Assembly (NCBI GenBank): GCA_010015805.1
Contig: ML978145.1
Location: 62,001-126,000, forward strand
Reading direction: 5' to 3'
DNA from: Rhizodiscina lignyota
Lineage: Eukaryota
Length of the DNA: 64,000 nt
Below the pieces are notes generated by a model. That model was not told the DNA's origin, did no database searches, and worked only from the letters and a program-made list of their open reading frames with translations. Shown piece by piece: positions 24,718 through 39,584 of the stretch; position 1 is the first letter of the stretch; each line of letters opens with the position of its first letter. Made by a program: the position numbers and the translations under genes.

Positions 24718-26595
24718 TCAAGTATTGCGCTGCCTGTGTGCCAACTTGCGATTGGAGTCTATAAGACCTGCATCCCGATCTGTAGACCACTTTGCACCAG
24801 ATTCAGTTTGCTCCACTAGAAGCCATATCCTAATCCTACCGCTCAAATGCCATAGCCCGACTGTGGCTCTTAAATCGCCGTATTCTTGGACTGCTGGTCC
24901 ATCAACTACGCCTGGATCAAATTCTTCATATTCTCTCTTCGCATATGCAGCGTCCGTAGTATAAGAAACTCTGCACCACGGTATGCCTAACATGTCTAGG
25001 CCGACAATGGCGAGAAAGTAAGGGCACATCGCCCGATCCGCCGAGAGAAGTAGACCTGCGAGCTTTCCAGGAGTTGGTTCAAGGAATATGACGTGGTAGT
25101 CCCTATCCTTTGGACTCGTAGTCGTGGGAGACCCGCCGAGCTCCCCAAGCAATGTAAATTGGTCTGCGAAATAGTATAACTCCAGTGTCCTTCCTGGGTC
25201 GTGAATCAGGGCCGGCAGATTTATAACTTCTGCAACATTGATCTTGTACTCTTCAATACCGTGTGCATCTTCTACATCAATAGAGCCCAAGTGCTGGAGA
25301 TCTACACGAACGAATATATCATGTTTTGATATGCTAGGCTTTTGATTCCAGCTATTGGAGCTGGAAATATGCAGGAGTCGCACAGTGGAAAAACGATTTA
25401 ATCCAGGACCGCAATCCAGTACGGCATCATACACACGTGAGTGATATGCGTGCGGTCGGAGACGGACTTCAATTCGTACGCCATTGCTGATAGATGGAGT
25501 GCGACCTCTATCAAGACTAACAGTGCTAGTACCGGACGGGAATTGTGCTGGCGAGGTTGCAAGCAGTCCGTGGTACCTATCATTCAATCGTCCACTTGTA
25601 GTTTTGACCCACGCAAAAAGCGACCAGTCATTTGTTCCTTGTCTCAATATCTCTTCCTGGAGCCGTATGAATGCTCGAGAGCCTTCGCCGTAGAGTAAAG
25701 GCATGTTGACATTGAAGATCCCCATAAGACAGTACGCTGTGTCTTCAATGCGGGTTGTTTCTCTTCTGGATGCCCATGACATTCGTTCGGAAATAGACAA
25801 TCTGGTGACATGATAATAGGTAAGAGCAGTCTTGGCTATAGCGGTGATCTCGGCGATCTCCTCAGCGAGTTGGTCTTTTGTTCCTAATTTGTTCCATCTC
25901 TTATCGTAGAATAGGACTTGATTAGGAGCCAGAAGCTCCTGAAGAGTCCATCCACGTGTGAACCATTTACTTTTTTGCCAGGGGGCTTCTGGAACGTCTG
26001 ATAAATACGCGTAACACTCTACGGCATTTTGGTACCACTGGTACATGGAGTTGATAGCTTCGGTGAGCTCGGCACTGCTGCGTTTATCGATGCCTGCGTA
26101 ATAGTCAATTTGAAGAATTCATCTCTACTAACGAAGTCGCCTGGAAGGTGACGAATCGCTGAGGGCGATAACAGTCCAAAGTGCAGAGTACACACAGATG
26201 CGACACTTTATCCCTGCTAATGTCTCCAAAGTATCCGTCAAAATACACCAGATGCTAGCTATTAAGAATGTACAGGTCCAATGAGCATAACCAGACGTTG
26301 AACTAGTCTACTCTGTCGCCGTCGAGGTCATAGATGCGCATTCAAACAGAAAGAGACGTCACATACAGCATGTATCTACCCAACAATAATCAAGGCCATG
26401 TCTCTTCGCTTTCCTTGCACATCCCCTTATTTTTGCATAGCCAAGCTTTGACTTCGCCGAGCTATCTGCCATCTCCTCAAATAGCACCTCGTCTGCCTCC
26501 CATCTGTGCGATAGAATAGCGTATGGAGGGATTGTGCCGCCTTCGAAAGTTTCGAATCGCCGAGACAAGTCATCGTCGATATGTAGCAACCGCAT
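24718..26595 (-). CDS. HET-domain (heterokaryon incompatibility, HET-E N-terminal type) protein; intron 26094-26366
   Basis: MRLL...YAILSHRW...WVDTC|CIDKRSSAELTEAINSMYQWY..A..CYAYLSDV...SKWFTRGWTLQELLAP...RMSWASRRETTRIEDTAYCLMGIFNVNMPLLYGEG.RAF.RLQEEI. Confidence 0.93.
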
Positions 26596-27822
26596 CGCAA
26601 AGATGAGGTAGAGGGTATGTTTGGAAGTGAGGGTGCAAATGTTCGATCGGAGCCCGATGCGCGTTGGACTGGTTTCCTCCCCTAGCAAAAGAGAGGCCTA
26701 GTCAATATGCTTGGTTTACTGAGCGAGTCGGACATCGGGTGAAGGAGCAGGACAATGGAGAACACGAAAGATAGAACTTGATCAAGGAAAAGAGGGCCGA
26801 TTGAGATGATTTCCGAAGTACAAGGCTGAGGCTGGATTGTCTGCATCGTGTCGCTTCTGTAGTCCAATCAAACCCTACCGCTCATGTCCAATGTTGTATA
26901 CTTGCTTTGCTAACTTCTTCATGGTAGATGAGAGGAAATCAGAGGGCTAGCCACAGCGTCAGGATCTTCAACATTGAGAGATGGTCAATTCGGTCACGAT
27001 GAGAGACGCTTTCGTGGTTCCGAGCGAAAGAACTGACTCGTCTTCGTCATGGATGATGGCCGAAGGGTGGTTATAATGTCAAGACGTGTCTGTGCACGAG
27101 ACAAAGGATATGATGTTCAGGTTCTCTTCTTGCACTTCGTCCTTGCGATAATTCTTCTTCAAATTATAGCAGATTTAAGCATTGAGACGCAACAGAGGCT
27201 GGCTTCGAGACTAAATAGCATGTACCGTCGTTAGCAATGAGCTGCAGGCGAACCTGCCCTTCTTGCTAGTTTCTCATCCACTCCACTGATCTTCAAGCCT
27301 CCGTTTTCCTCTACCAAAATCCAATACCTCTGCATTGCCTGCCATAAGACTAACCACCGCCAGTGACGTCGCCCAATGTATCGTCCAAAACGTGGCTGAT
27401 TCCCCCGCACCCCACAAAGCTTATCCTCAGTGGCGCTGGACCGGTCTATGTGTAGAGCCTGATGTTATCGAGAACCAATGCTTGGCCTGATGCTTATCTG
27501 GTGTTGCAAGAAGCGGTAATCAGCCACACGACAGATGCACCTGGAACAGGCAATGATCGGTCATTGTGCTCTGCCTTGCGCTTCAACCAAGCTCGCTGAG
27601 AGGATGGAGATATGGATTGGGAGTACTTGTGCAAGGTTTAGGTCGGGTGACGATGGTTGTGCCCCGGATTAACCAGTGGAGTGCCACTAGATTTGCTATG
27701 TCATATTTGGGAAGATGATATATTAAGCGAAGTTCATTACTGACTCGATAAGCATCGCATTTTGCAAATCGCGATATCGACTGCTCGACCCACCAAATAG
27801 CAGAAACATCCACCAGAGCAAT

Positions 27823-28202
27823 ATGGAACGGTGCACGTCGTACGGACGGGGCGGGGCAGGAAATCTCCGTATATGACTCCACATGTCTGTGAATGGCATC
27901 TTTGCTGACTCCACTCGAACAGGCCGTGCATCAGAGGCGAAGGCAATTCAAGATGCCATGCCGTGGCAAGACGATGAAGGTAAGATGCGGCTCCTCAAAG
28001 CACCTTGTTCCATAGGCTGTGCCTTAATCACATAGATTGTTGACTTCTTCCTTTTGTAGTCCCGCAAGAACGTCGCCGTAGCAGCATATGGTCAATGTCC
28101 GGTCCCGGTTCCGAGTCACGACGAGGCTCGATCTGGAAGAGCGCGACAAATATGTTTAGGAAAGGTAGTGTCGCAGCAGAAGTAGAGAAGCCACACGATT
28201 AA
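27823..28202 (+). CDS. 81-aa GRGGAGN-motif microprotein (DUF3602/Par32-like); exons 27823-27868, 27923-27979, 28060-28202
   Basis: Manual splicing gives MERCTSYGRGGAGNLRRASEAKAIQDAMPWQDDEVPQERRRSSIWSMSGPGSESRRGSIWKSATNMFRKGSVAAEVEKPHD*. Introns are GTATAT..CTGAC..CAG (54 nt) and GTAAGA..TTGAC..TAG (80 nt), both phase-consistent. Confidence 0.78.
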
Positions 28203-29399
28203 GAAGCAAGAGGGATGGAAATTTCTGTGATGGCACAAAATTATGCACATACTTGGGAACAGATCGTGTGGAGCAATATGCACTTATGCGTATTTGATTC
28301 CGAAGAATTGACAGAAAGATGAATGAAAAGATATATTTCACGTTCCAACCAGGCATGCTCGTTTGAGACCAGGAGGAGCATATTAACCTCACTCTCTAGC
28401 CCGTCAATGCAGATGTTACATAGTTACTTACTGCGGGAATGATGGCATCATTGCAAATGGCCTGTCAAATTGATGAGAAGGAAGCCGAGCGTATTTCAAT
28501 GACAAGACCATTAAGCGTTGTTTATAGCTACGAACAAGATTAACAATGCCAGAGAAATAGAGAGGTTCAAACGGCCTGTAACTGATGGAGATTAATATCG
28601 GTCGAAAACTGAATCAAGAAGAGTCCGTATGCGAGACAATCTAGCAGAAGACCAAGGACACGCGGGCGGATTCTGTATTCCGATCTCAGCTTTGCTTGTT
28701 TGAAACTGGCGATATATTGTGCAGGTGGACGCTGAAGGGTGAAATGGGGTTTCTTTGACGATGATGAAAACATTGAGATCCCAGGGACAAGAGAAGCGAC
28801 CTCAAGGAGATATTGCGGTGGAACTACGGCAGTATCGTACCGGCGCTTGATTCGAGCCAGGCTGAAGAGAACGTTCGACTGTTGCTCGTGTCAGATTGTC
28901 GTTGAATGTCGCCGGCTGGCCTGACGACTTCATCTATCCTCACTTTGGATGTATAACGATGTTTCCATATGATTCTCCAGTTAAGCAAACGAGCTGCACT
29001 GCCCTCTTATCTATGCTCCGGAATTTTGGGTGGCTGGTAGCGGGTACGCCGGCATTTTCGCCACCGAATGAGGCAAAAGCCCAACAAATCCGCCGTGTGG
29101 ACGGAGGGTCAGGATGCGTGCTTGTGCGAGAACTTCGCATCCCACACGCCGAGCATCGCATGCTTGTAGCCAAGCGCAGAAGATGTAGGTACCGATCTTC
29201 TTCTTCTCGGCTTCTTCGTCCATCTTCACATCACTCCCGCTTCTCAACTTTCACCCAAACATCTCCGTGCGCGAGTCTTCCTTGGTCTTCCTGGACCTGC
29301 TCGGTGACGCCTTGAATCCGCAAGACCTTCCGCAATTGGCCGCCGGCGACCATTTTCCAGCCCCAACGACTTATCTGTGCCGAAGGATCGATCTTGTGA

Positions 29400-31490
29400 A
29401 TGAGCTCCAGAGATGCATCGCGCACTTCCTCTCCGGGCGCGCCTACGGCCTGCTCCCACAGCCATTCTTCTTCGATAGAGAGTAGCGCCTCTTCGAAACG
29501 AAGTTTCGACGAAGACTTCCAGAAGGAAACGGCGCTATGGAGCGTCACCACTGGATCCCCGGGCACGTCATCGCCCACCGTAAAACCCGAATACGACGTT
29601 GATGAAGAAATGATTGATGCCAGTGAACACGACCACTTCCTGAATGCTTCTAGAGCGGGCGATGGTATGCAAAGAGCTGCTTCGCCTTTACATCCCGATG
29701 ACGACCAGGAAATGCCTCAGCCGAAAGAAGAGCCTGTAACATGGCGGTCAGTGCCGCGCAAGGGACAGCTCTTCCTGCTCATGATGGCCAGGATATCAGA
29801 GCCACTGACGCAGACGTCGCTGCAAGCATACATGTACTACCAATTAAAGTCGTTTAACCCGTCATTACCTGACTCTACTGTTGCTGCTCAAGTCGGAATC
29901 ATGCAGGGTAGTTTTACTGCTGCACAATTCCTCACGGCATTCCTTTGGGGCAAGGCAGCAGACTCTTCCAAGATTGGGCGCAAGAAAGTACTGGTGATTG
30001 GGCTAATGGGCACGGCTGTATCAATAGCTGGATTCGGATTCTCTCGAAGCTTTGCTACCGCCATCTTCTTCCGCAGCCTGGGAGGAATACTGAATGGGAA
30101 TGTCGGCGTAATGCGGACAATGATTGCAGAGATTATCCAAGAGAAGAAGTACGCCATGACTTGAAATTGTTGTCACCGATATACTGACATGAGTAGATAC
30201 CAATCGCGAGCCTTCATGATTCTGCCCATGACATTCAACATTGGCGTCATTGTAGGACCGACGTTGGGCGGATTGCTCGCAGACCCTGTCAACACATATC
30301 CAGGCCTATTTGGGCCTGGGTCAAGCTTCGGTGGAGCTGACGGCGTGTGGTGGATGAAGCGCTGGCCATATGCTCTCCCCAATCTTGTTAGCTCCTGCTT
30401 CCTCCTCTCGGCGTGTCTCCTTCTTATCCTTGGCCTTGACGAAGTAAGTCTTCATTGCCTCTCTGAAATCTGAAAACAGACTCTTAACACTGTCCAGACG
30501 CACTATCTTCGCAAAGACAAGACGGACTATGGCCGCATTGTGGGCCGCTGGATAAGTCAGCATATCTTCCGGCGACGTTCGACAAATATGCAGGAGTATT
30601 CCTCGATACCGAGCGCCGAGCCTGAAACACCAATCAGCCCAGGCGATATCGAGCTTCAAAGCCCTGCAGTGCCCAAGAAGCAAGAGCCGCCAAAACGCCG
30701 GAAAAGGCTGCCGTTCCGTCAGATATGGACGAGAAATGTCCTTTTAACATTTCTTGCACACGGTCTCATGGCCTTCCATGTCGGCACCTTCAACAACCTC
30801 TGGTTCATCTTCCTCTCCGCGCCTCGCTTCGACCCCAAGAATCCAATGCCCCCGTCCGCAAAAGATCGACATCTCCCATTCGGATTCACGGGCGGATTTG
30901 CACTTCCACCTCCACGCATTGGATTATCCCTCTCGATCATCGGCTTCATCGGTATCACGCTGCAGCTCTTACTGTACCCCAGAATGAACGCAAAGTACGG
31001 CCTCATCAGATGCTACAGAGTCAGCATAGCGCTGTTCCCTCTAACATACTTTCTCGCGCCGTATCTCTCGCTCATCCCTTCGAAGACGCCGCCCCCAGAA
31101 CCAGCATCGGGCCTCCCAATGTGGATTGGCATATCTTCCATACTATTTCTTCAAGTGCTCGCGCGCACATTCGCTCTCCCCGCGATCATAATCCTCGTGA
31201 ACAACTGCTGTCCGCATCCTTCTGTGCTCGGCACGATCCATGGAATCGGTCAGTCAGTCAGCAGCGGGTTGAGGACATTTGGTCCGATTATCGCGGGCTG
31301 GCTATTCGGCATCGGTTTGAACATTGGCGTTGTTGGTTTGTCGTGGTGGGTATTCGCCATCGAGGCGGTTATGGGATGCCTCGCGGGATTTCTGGTTCGC
31401 GAGGGCAGCGGGCATGAGATCATGTTGGAAGGCGATGAGGAGATGGACCAGGCGCAGGCGCAGGCCCAGCGGCCTACGAGAAGGAAATGA
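29400..31490 (+). CDS. Major facilitator superfamily transporter (3 exons)
   Basis: WGKAADSSKIGRKKVLVIGL (motif A-like), RSLGGILNGNVGVMRTMIAEI, GPTLGGLLADP and LGTIHGIGQS; many hydrophobic helices. Confidence 0.9.
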
Positions 31491-32349
31491 TTTTATGGGA
31501 CATGAGGCATGAGATATCCGGATGATTGAGACGAACAATGTGAATAGAATGTTTTGCACAGTAGCATATCAGAAAGCATTTCAGCTGAACTAGTAGGAAA
31601 ACAAAGTAAACGACTAGAACGAATCCATACAGCTAGTATCCCGTTTATTGACACTTGAATGAAACAACTGGGCAATCTTTTCTCTGTACCCACCTTGGAC
31701 GGGAAGTGGTGTGTAAAAAGGCCTCCGGCAATTCCGGAATCTGGTAAACGCCGCGCGTGTCCATTCCTCGTCGTCAATACATCGTGTATATGCAAGGCTT
31801 AATAGCACGTCACGAATATCTAGAGCAGCGGACGAAGTCAGGAGCATCAGGGTGTTTCGCAGAAGGTGTGAGTGAGAAGCGACTCTTTCGCAAAGAAAGC
31901 GAAGAACGGCTGACGTTGCCCGACTCGGCCAAGCTGAAGCACCCCCGGCGCCTAATTTTGGGGGCTCAGCCACTGACGACTTCGGTCGGCTTGGACCGAA
32001 TGCAAGGGGCCTTCTTGGTACCTGGACTATATCTCCGCAATCCTCGCATGTCACAGCCTTCAGCCTCCACCGCCTTGTCCGATCGGACCTTGCATGTTCA
32101 AGACTGAAGGTATCGCCGTTAGCTTTCAAGATGGAGCCATGGACCGTCTTCGCATTCCCTCAGCTCGTCCCGACAATGCCATCACAATGTCAAGGTCAAA
32201 GTTTACGGCTGAAAATGCTTCTCATCGTCGCTACTCTATAAAACATCCTCGCCCACCATGAGTAGTCAGGTAAGTCGGAAATTAGGTCACTAGAGTGCAG
32301 TCTCTTCAATTGCTCTATATTCCTTTTTTGAGCACCTCTTTTATCTATT

Positions 32350-33876
32350 ATGCCACCAAAAGAAAGAAACTTCGAGTTCTTAAACGTCGAGCCGGATGCT
32401 CAATCGCAAGATGAACGGCGGCGACAAGTTAGTGCAATAAGGTCCTCGGCGATGCGTGCGTATCGGCGGCATCAAAGATTAGAGCAATCCAGACAGTACA
32501 CTCAGGGAGGTCGTCAAGAGAGTTCGATACCTGAAGCTTCTGCATCTCGATCACAACAACAAGAAACCCCGGCCTATTCGACAGGCGGGTCCATCTACAG
32601 CACTGGAGTGACGCAAGGGACATATATTGCAAGTGTCGACCCATTTCAGTCGGCCTCCACGCAGTTGCCGGACGAGCAGCATCACTATCTCCTGAACCAC
32701 TGTAAGGCTAATGTGGTAGTGGCCTCAGTGAGCGCAAAACTAACCATGTCACAGGGTCGTCAGTCATTGCAACAACTCTCCTACCAATCGATGCCGATCA
32801 GTCTCAGAACCCCATGGCTACGCCATTCTTACGCTATGCTCTGCAGAACCCAACACTCTTCTGGGCAACCTGTGCCCACTCATCCATGCATCTCGATTTC
32901 CTTTACTCCAACCCTCAATTTAGCGATCTCACGCTACGTCTGAAGGGGCAAGCCATTGAAGCTCTGAACAGGTCGATAGCATCAGAGTCCGGAATGGACG
33001 ATATCGCTATAGCCTCTGTGCTCGTGTTGACAGCCAATTGCGTGCGTCCCCCGAAGCTTCGTACTTCACATGCATTCTGACTATCGTGGTAGTTCTTGAC
33101 TGGGGATGTCGAGGAGCTGCGCGTACATCGCTCCGGCCTGGAGAAGTTAATTGCTCTGCGCGGCGGACTGGATGAGCCTGGTTTGAATGGCATACTCCAA
33201 ACTGCTGCTGAATGGCAAGTCTGAGAGAATAGCAAGTCTTGGAACATAGAGCACTAATATGATGAAAAGCGCCGATACTCCCATCGCCATCATCACTTCC
33301 AACGGGTCCCTTTTCCAAGGCCCACCATCCGCAATGGCACATACGGAATCCGGAGTTCCAGACCTTTCAGTCATCTTCTCCAAACTCCGACATCTAACTT
33401 CCGTTCTTCCCGTGGGAAGCGCCACCAGCGACATGTACACATTCAGTCAGACACGCCGAGCCATAGAAGCCAAGCTGCTCTCCGCCCGACTAAATCCCGG
33501 CTCCAGCATAAGCGACTACGTCTTCGGGACCAGCTGCATTGCGGGCCTGATCTACACGCACTTCGTACTTCGACAGTACCATCCACGACGCCCAGTCTTG
33601 ATGATCCTCTTGCGGAATCTGATGACGGGACTGTGGAAGCTCGAAGAGCATTTATCTGGGTTAGGGGTGACCTATCCGAGTGATTCCATTCACACTTTGC
33701 TGTGGGCGTTGTGCATTGGCAGCTGCGTTGCGCTGGATGCGGAGCAACTGCAGTGGTTCTTGGAACGGGTGAGGCATGTCATGGGCTTCTTGAAGATCAC
33801 GCAGCGCTGGGAACTGCAGCAGATCTTGGAAAGATACGTGTGGATGGAAAAGCTGAGTTTGGACAGGCTTTTGTAA
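32350..33876 (+). CDS. Fungal TF-like regulatory-domain protein without a Zn2Cys6 cluster (4 exons, third intron probably GC-AG)
   Basis: N-terminal FEFLN...IRSSAMR motif, then ALQNPTLFWA, KGQAIEALN and H.SGL.KLI.LRGGL; exons join in frame. Confidence 0.72.
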
Positions 33877-34515
33877 AATAGATGCGGCCGTTGGAAGCTG
33901 CCATGATCTGGTGTAAGATTGTTTTATGGGGTATAGGTGAGGTGGCGGCGCCACTCCTTCCTGTATATAACATAGACACAATTCAATGCTCGTAGAGCCA
34001 CAAAAAGGAAGCTGCCATAATTTATATCTTCCCTGGCATTGACCAAGTCCAAGATGTCGGCCCATTTGGCTCTCGAATATGATATATCTCGCTTACAGAC
34101 TGAATTACTTCATACATGAAGTGACCTGAACGTTCGCTAAGGTCTACCCATGCTTGACTTACCATTGCTCGGGCTAGTTTCCCCTCTCATGCGTTTACGT
34201 GTACTCTCGGGACGAAACCTCAGTCATGCTGAGGATGTTGAGAACTGCAACTCGAGATGTCCATAATGAAGGGTCCGCAATCGGCTATCAAAAAACAGTC
34301 TGAAGATCAAGTCGACTGGGTCGTAACTGGACAAATATCTGATAAGTGCGCGATTCGAATCTCATTCAAGATCAAATTTAGCTAAAAGATGGTATATACA
34401 CTCCAAATTAAAGCCGAAAACTCTCACCGAAGATAAACGCAATGCAAATCAAATCAAAATGTGCAACCCACATAGCCGGACATTAAGCTCCGTGCCATAT
34501 CTTCAACCCAAGCAT

Positions 34516-36348
<1,833 letters not shown>

Positions 36349-37879
36349 CGTGCAAAGAATTAGGTATTATGTGAGATGTGTATTTCAATTGAGGTAGAGA
36401 CCGATGAGATATCATTGTGCAAATGGAAAGCCATGTCCTTTAATACCGTGTGAGTGGACATGGAAACGACGCCCTCATGATTCTGAATACGAATGCATAA
36501 CCGGCGGCTGAAAGAACACACTCCACATTTGAAAGAGGCAGAGCAAAATTAGAATCGCATACGAGAACGTGAGTCCTAGCACAACCGCTCATCAAAAATA
36601 TGATTACAAAGGAATACAACAGTGAAGCTATAGTGCATGCGAATTCCGTTGGCTCCCTGCGAGCATATAATGTGGCTGAGAATGCCAAGCAAAGCACACC
36701 CTGGATTGGGAAAGGTGTGAGAGTCGCCACCGCAGGATCTTCCTCAAAATCTACACAACAACCACGCCTCAGCCGAAGGAGAATCGGAGTACGGAGGTAA
36801 GCCTCTTGAAAAGCTCAGCAGCCACTTGTCCCCGCATTAAACAGCCTGAACGCATTGGACGCATTGAACGCTGTCTGGCTCGGAGCTAAACCGAGAGTCT
36901 GCACGGGTTGGTGGCGCTGCTGCAGGAACCGAGTAAAATAGAGGACAGCGCCCAGGAGCACGTCAATGGCACTTTCTGTTGCATATGCTCGTTGGATCTA
37001 GCTGAATTCGTAGGAGAGCGTGGGCCAGCACGTGTATTAAGGTTGCTGGCATTCTGGCTGTACAAGGGACAGTCGTAACTCATTCCTGGATAGTGCCTGG
37101 AGAGAAAACCACACGGATGTCTAGAACTGAGAGAAATGAAAAGAGAATCTACTTAACTCCGTCGATGTAGGATATGCGAGCAGACCGAGATGCCATGTCA
37201 CATTTTCGACCTTAGTCATCTGGAGAGGTCACAGATCCAAGCAAAACAAGGCGTCAGAAAGATGTCAAAAGGAACATGGAAGGGAGAGGCATCTGATCCG
37301 AGCCCAACAAGCATCGGAGAGATGCCGTTGCAAACCAAGGAACAAGGCGTGTTGGTATGCACTGCTAGGTCACCGGCAGAGACATCCTTGGGAATCCCAG
37401 CAGGGGAAGATGAAGCGCTCCTTGATCCATCCCGAGGTCGCGAGTTTCGCCCGGTGAGGAAAAATCGAAGCATCGGTAATTGTACACGGAAATATCAGAA
37501 TTGAGAAAAAACATCTGGGAGCTCTTGCAGAATTTCTTCCACGAAGCAGGTTAGCGTTGAAGAATGGTGGAGAGTTTGAATGAGATGACGGGAGAAGTTT
37601 TGCAGAGCGAAGTCACGTGAACGAGATTTTGCCCTTTAAGGAACACGAGATTTGTCCCGAAATGGCTGGCGTCTGCACCTCCACTGTCCATTTGAGTCAT
37701 TAAACGATTGAGCAATATAGCTGTTATTGCGCTATGCATATGCTAATGACTTGTCAACCCGTCATAACATCATCTCGCTGCACGCCGGCAACCGAGGCAA
37801 AGAGAAGTAGGTATCAAACAAATCCCGAAAGGTCTCAATGTATCGCATCCAAAAACGCCTTGCTATGCAAGTGCTCAAA

Positions 37880-39584
37880 TCAAAACATGACACTGCTCTT
37901 CCTTCTCACCACATTCCTGTCACTTCCGCTAGCACTAGCGTCTCTGCTGCTGCCTAACCCCCAAAAGCTCTTCTTCGGCTTAATATAGCCCTGCGGTTTC
38001 GCTGGTAACCCATTGCTGTGGAAGAAACTACTCTGGCTCGCGCTCGGGCCTGAAGCACCCGCCATCGTCGGCGGGCCAAGGTAAGGTCCTGCATGCCACC
38101 CCTGCTGTGGTCGCGGCGGCTGCACCGAATACTGCTGGGGTCGTGGCTGGGGTGGTTGCTGCTGCGGGCGAGGAGCATAATTCTGCCGTGATGGGAGGGG
38201 AGGAACGAAATCCTGGCCAGTGGTGCCGTACTTCTTCCTCAGGCGTTCGGTTTCCTTGTCGACTTCCACTTGCTTTCTCCGCCGCTCTTTCTCTTCTGCG
38301 TCCATCTGTTTCTTTAGTTTCTTCGCGGCTTCCGCGTCTGCTCTCTCTTGTTCGCGCCGCTTCCCTTCTGCTGCACGGCGCTCCGTGTCTTGTGCGGCTT
38401 TGAGACGGGCTGTCTCGTTGTCGATCTCCCATTGGGAGCGTGGGTCTGCTGGTGGCGCTGGCCGTGATGATTTTGTTGGCATATTGGGAGCTGAGGAGGT
38501 TCGGAGTTGAGGAAGAGACTGGCGTCGGACGTCATTTGCTGATTGGACGGGTGGGTAGAGGCCATTCATGGCTGCTGGAGTGTTCGGTCGGTTATAGGTG
38601 TAGTTGTTGTTCATGGGAGGAGAGTTCGGAGCGGAGACTGCGGTTGGCACAGCGAGGTGGGCTGATCTTTGCTTCGGAGAAGGCTTGCGCTGGCCATTTC
38701 CAAGAAGTGTGAGACTGCTGCTATGCTTGCGCAATCCTAGCTGTCCAGACTCAACAACGTTGAACGCTTCTCTGAGAGGTGTGAAGTAAACTTCCTTGAG
38801 GACGGCGGCAGAGAGGAGAAGGACGACTTCGAGGCCCTTTGGGTCCTCAATGTCGATACGGTGATAGTTGGATTCATAGATGGTGACTTCCTTGAGTGCC
38901 TGGAACATCGAGACGATGATATCTGGCTCCTTGTGCTTCTTCTTTCCAACTTGGTCTGTCGACTTGCCAGTCATAAAGCATCCCAGATCCTTTGATAGCT
39001 TGCCATCTTTCTTCCAGGTGAAGTTGATCTTAGGAGTCGTCATATCAGCCGCGGGATCAGAGAGCTGTCGATCAAGAGCGGAACTACTTGGTAGCCTGAA
39101 GGTCTGCTGCGGCATGCTGAAGTTATATGAAGGCGTTCCACCCCATCCTCCACTTTTCTGTCTTACCACCACCTGCTGATCTGGGTTGTATAGTTGTATG
39201 GTGAATTCTTGCGGGAGGATAGGTTGAGGAGGTGGAGGTACGCCGCCATTCTTTCGGATATCTTCCTGTGAGAGAGAGGGCTGCGTCCATTCTGGTCGTA
39301 TCAGGACTTCGCCGTAGAGGATTTCGGGGTTGTAGGAGTCGAAAAGGGCGGCAGCATAGCAATTTTTGCCCGGTGGTGATGCAGGATCGGGGTGCTTTAG
39401 ATTGTATGCGGGCTCAGGCTCAGAGCCACGGTATGTGAGGTAAAAGGAGTGGTGGTGCTTCACATTATCGGGCGCTTGCTTCAGGAAAAAGGCTGGAAGA
39501 GAAGTTAGCCTCGTCGTTCCTGTGAACCAGACTCAAGTGTGGCGCAGGCTTGGTGGACTTACTGGGGAGATTCTCGTCCAACAT
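37880..39584 (-). CDS. Hypothetical protein with Pro/Gln-rich and coiled-coil C-terminal half (2 exons)
   Basis: Short first exon MLDENLP|GTAAGT at 39584, then the 527-aa ORF with a globular-looking N-domain (YAAALFDSYNPEILYGEVL, EDPKGLEVVLLL). Confidence 0.8.

Noticed and set aside
36848..36871. 9-bp tandem repeat (acgcattgg/acgcattga) upstream of the carboxylesterase
   Set aside because: Too short and low-copy to support a function.
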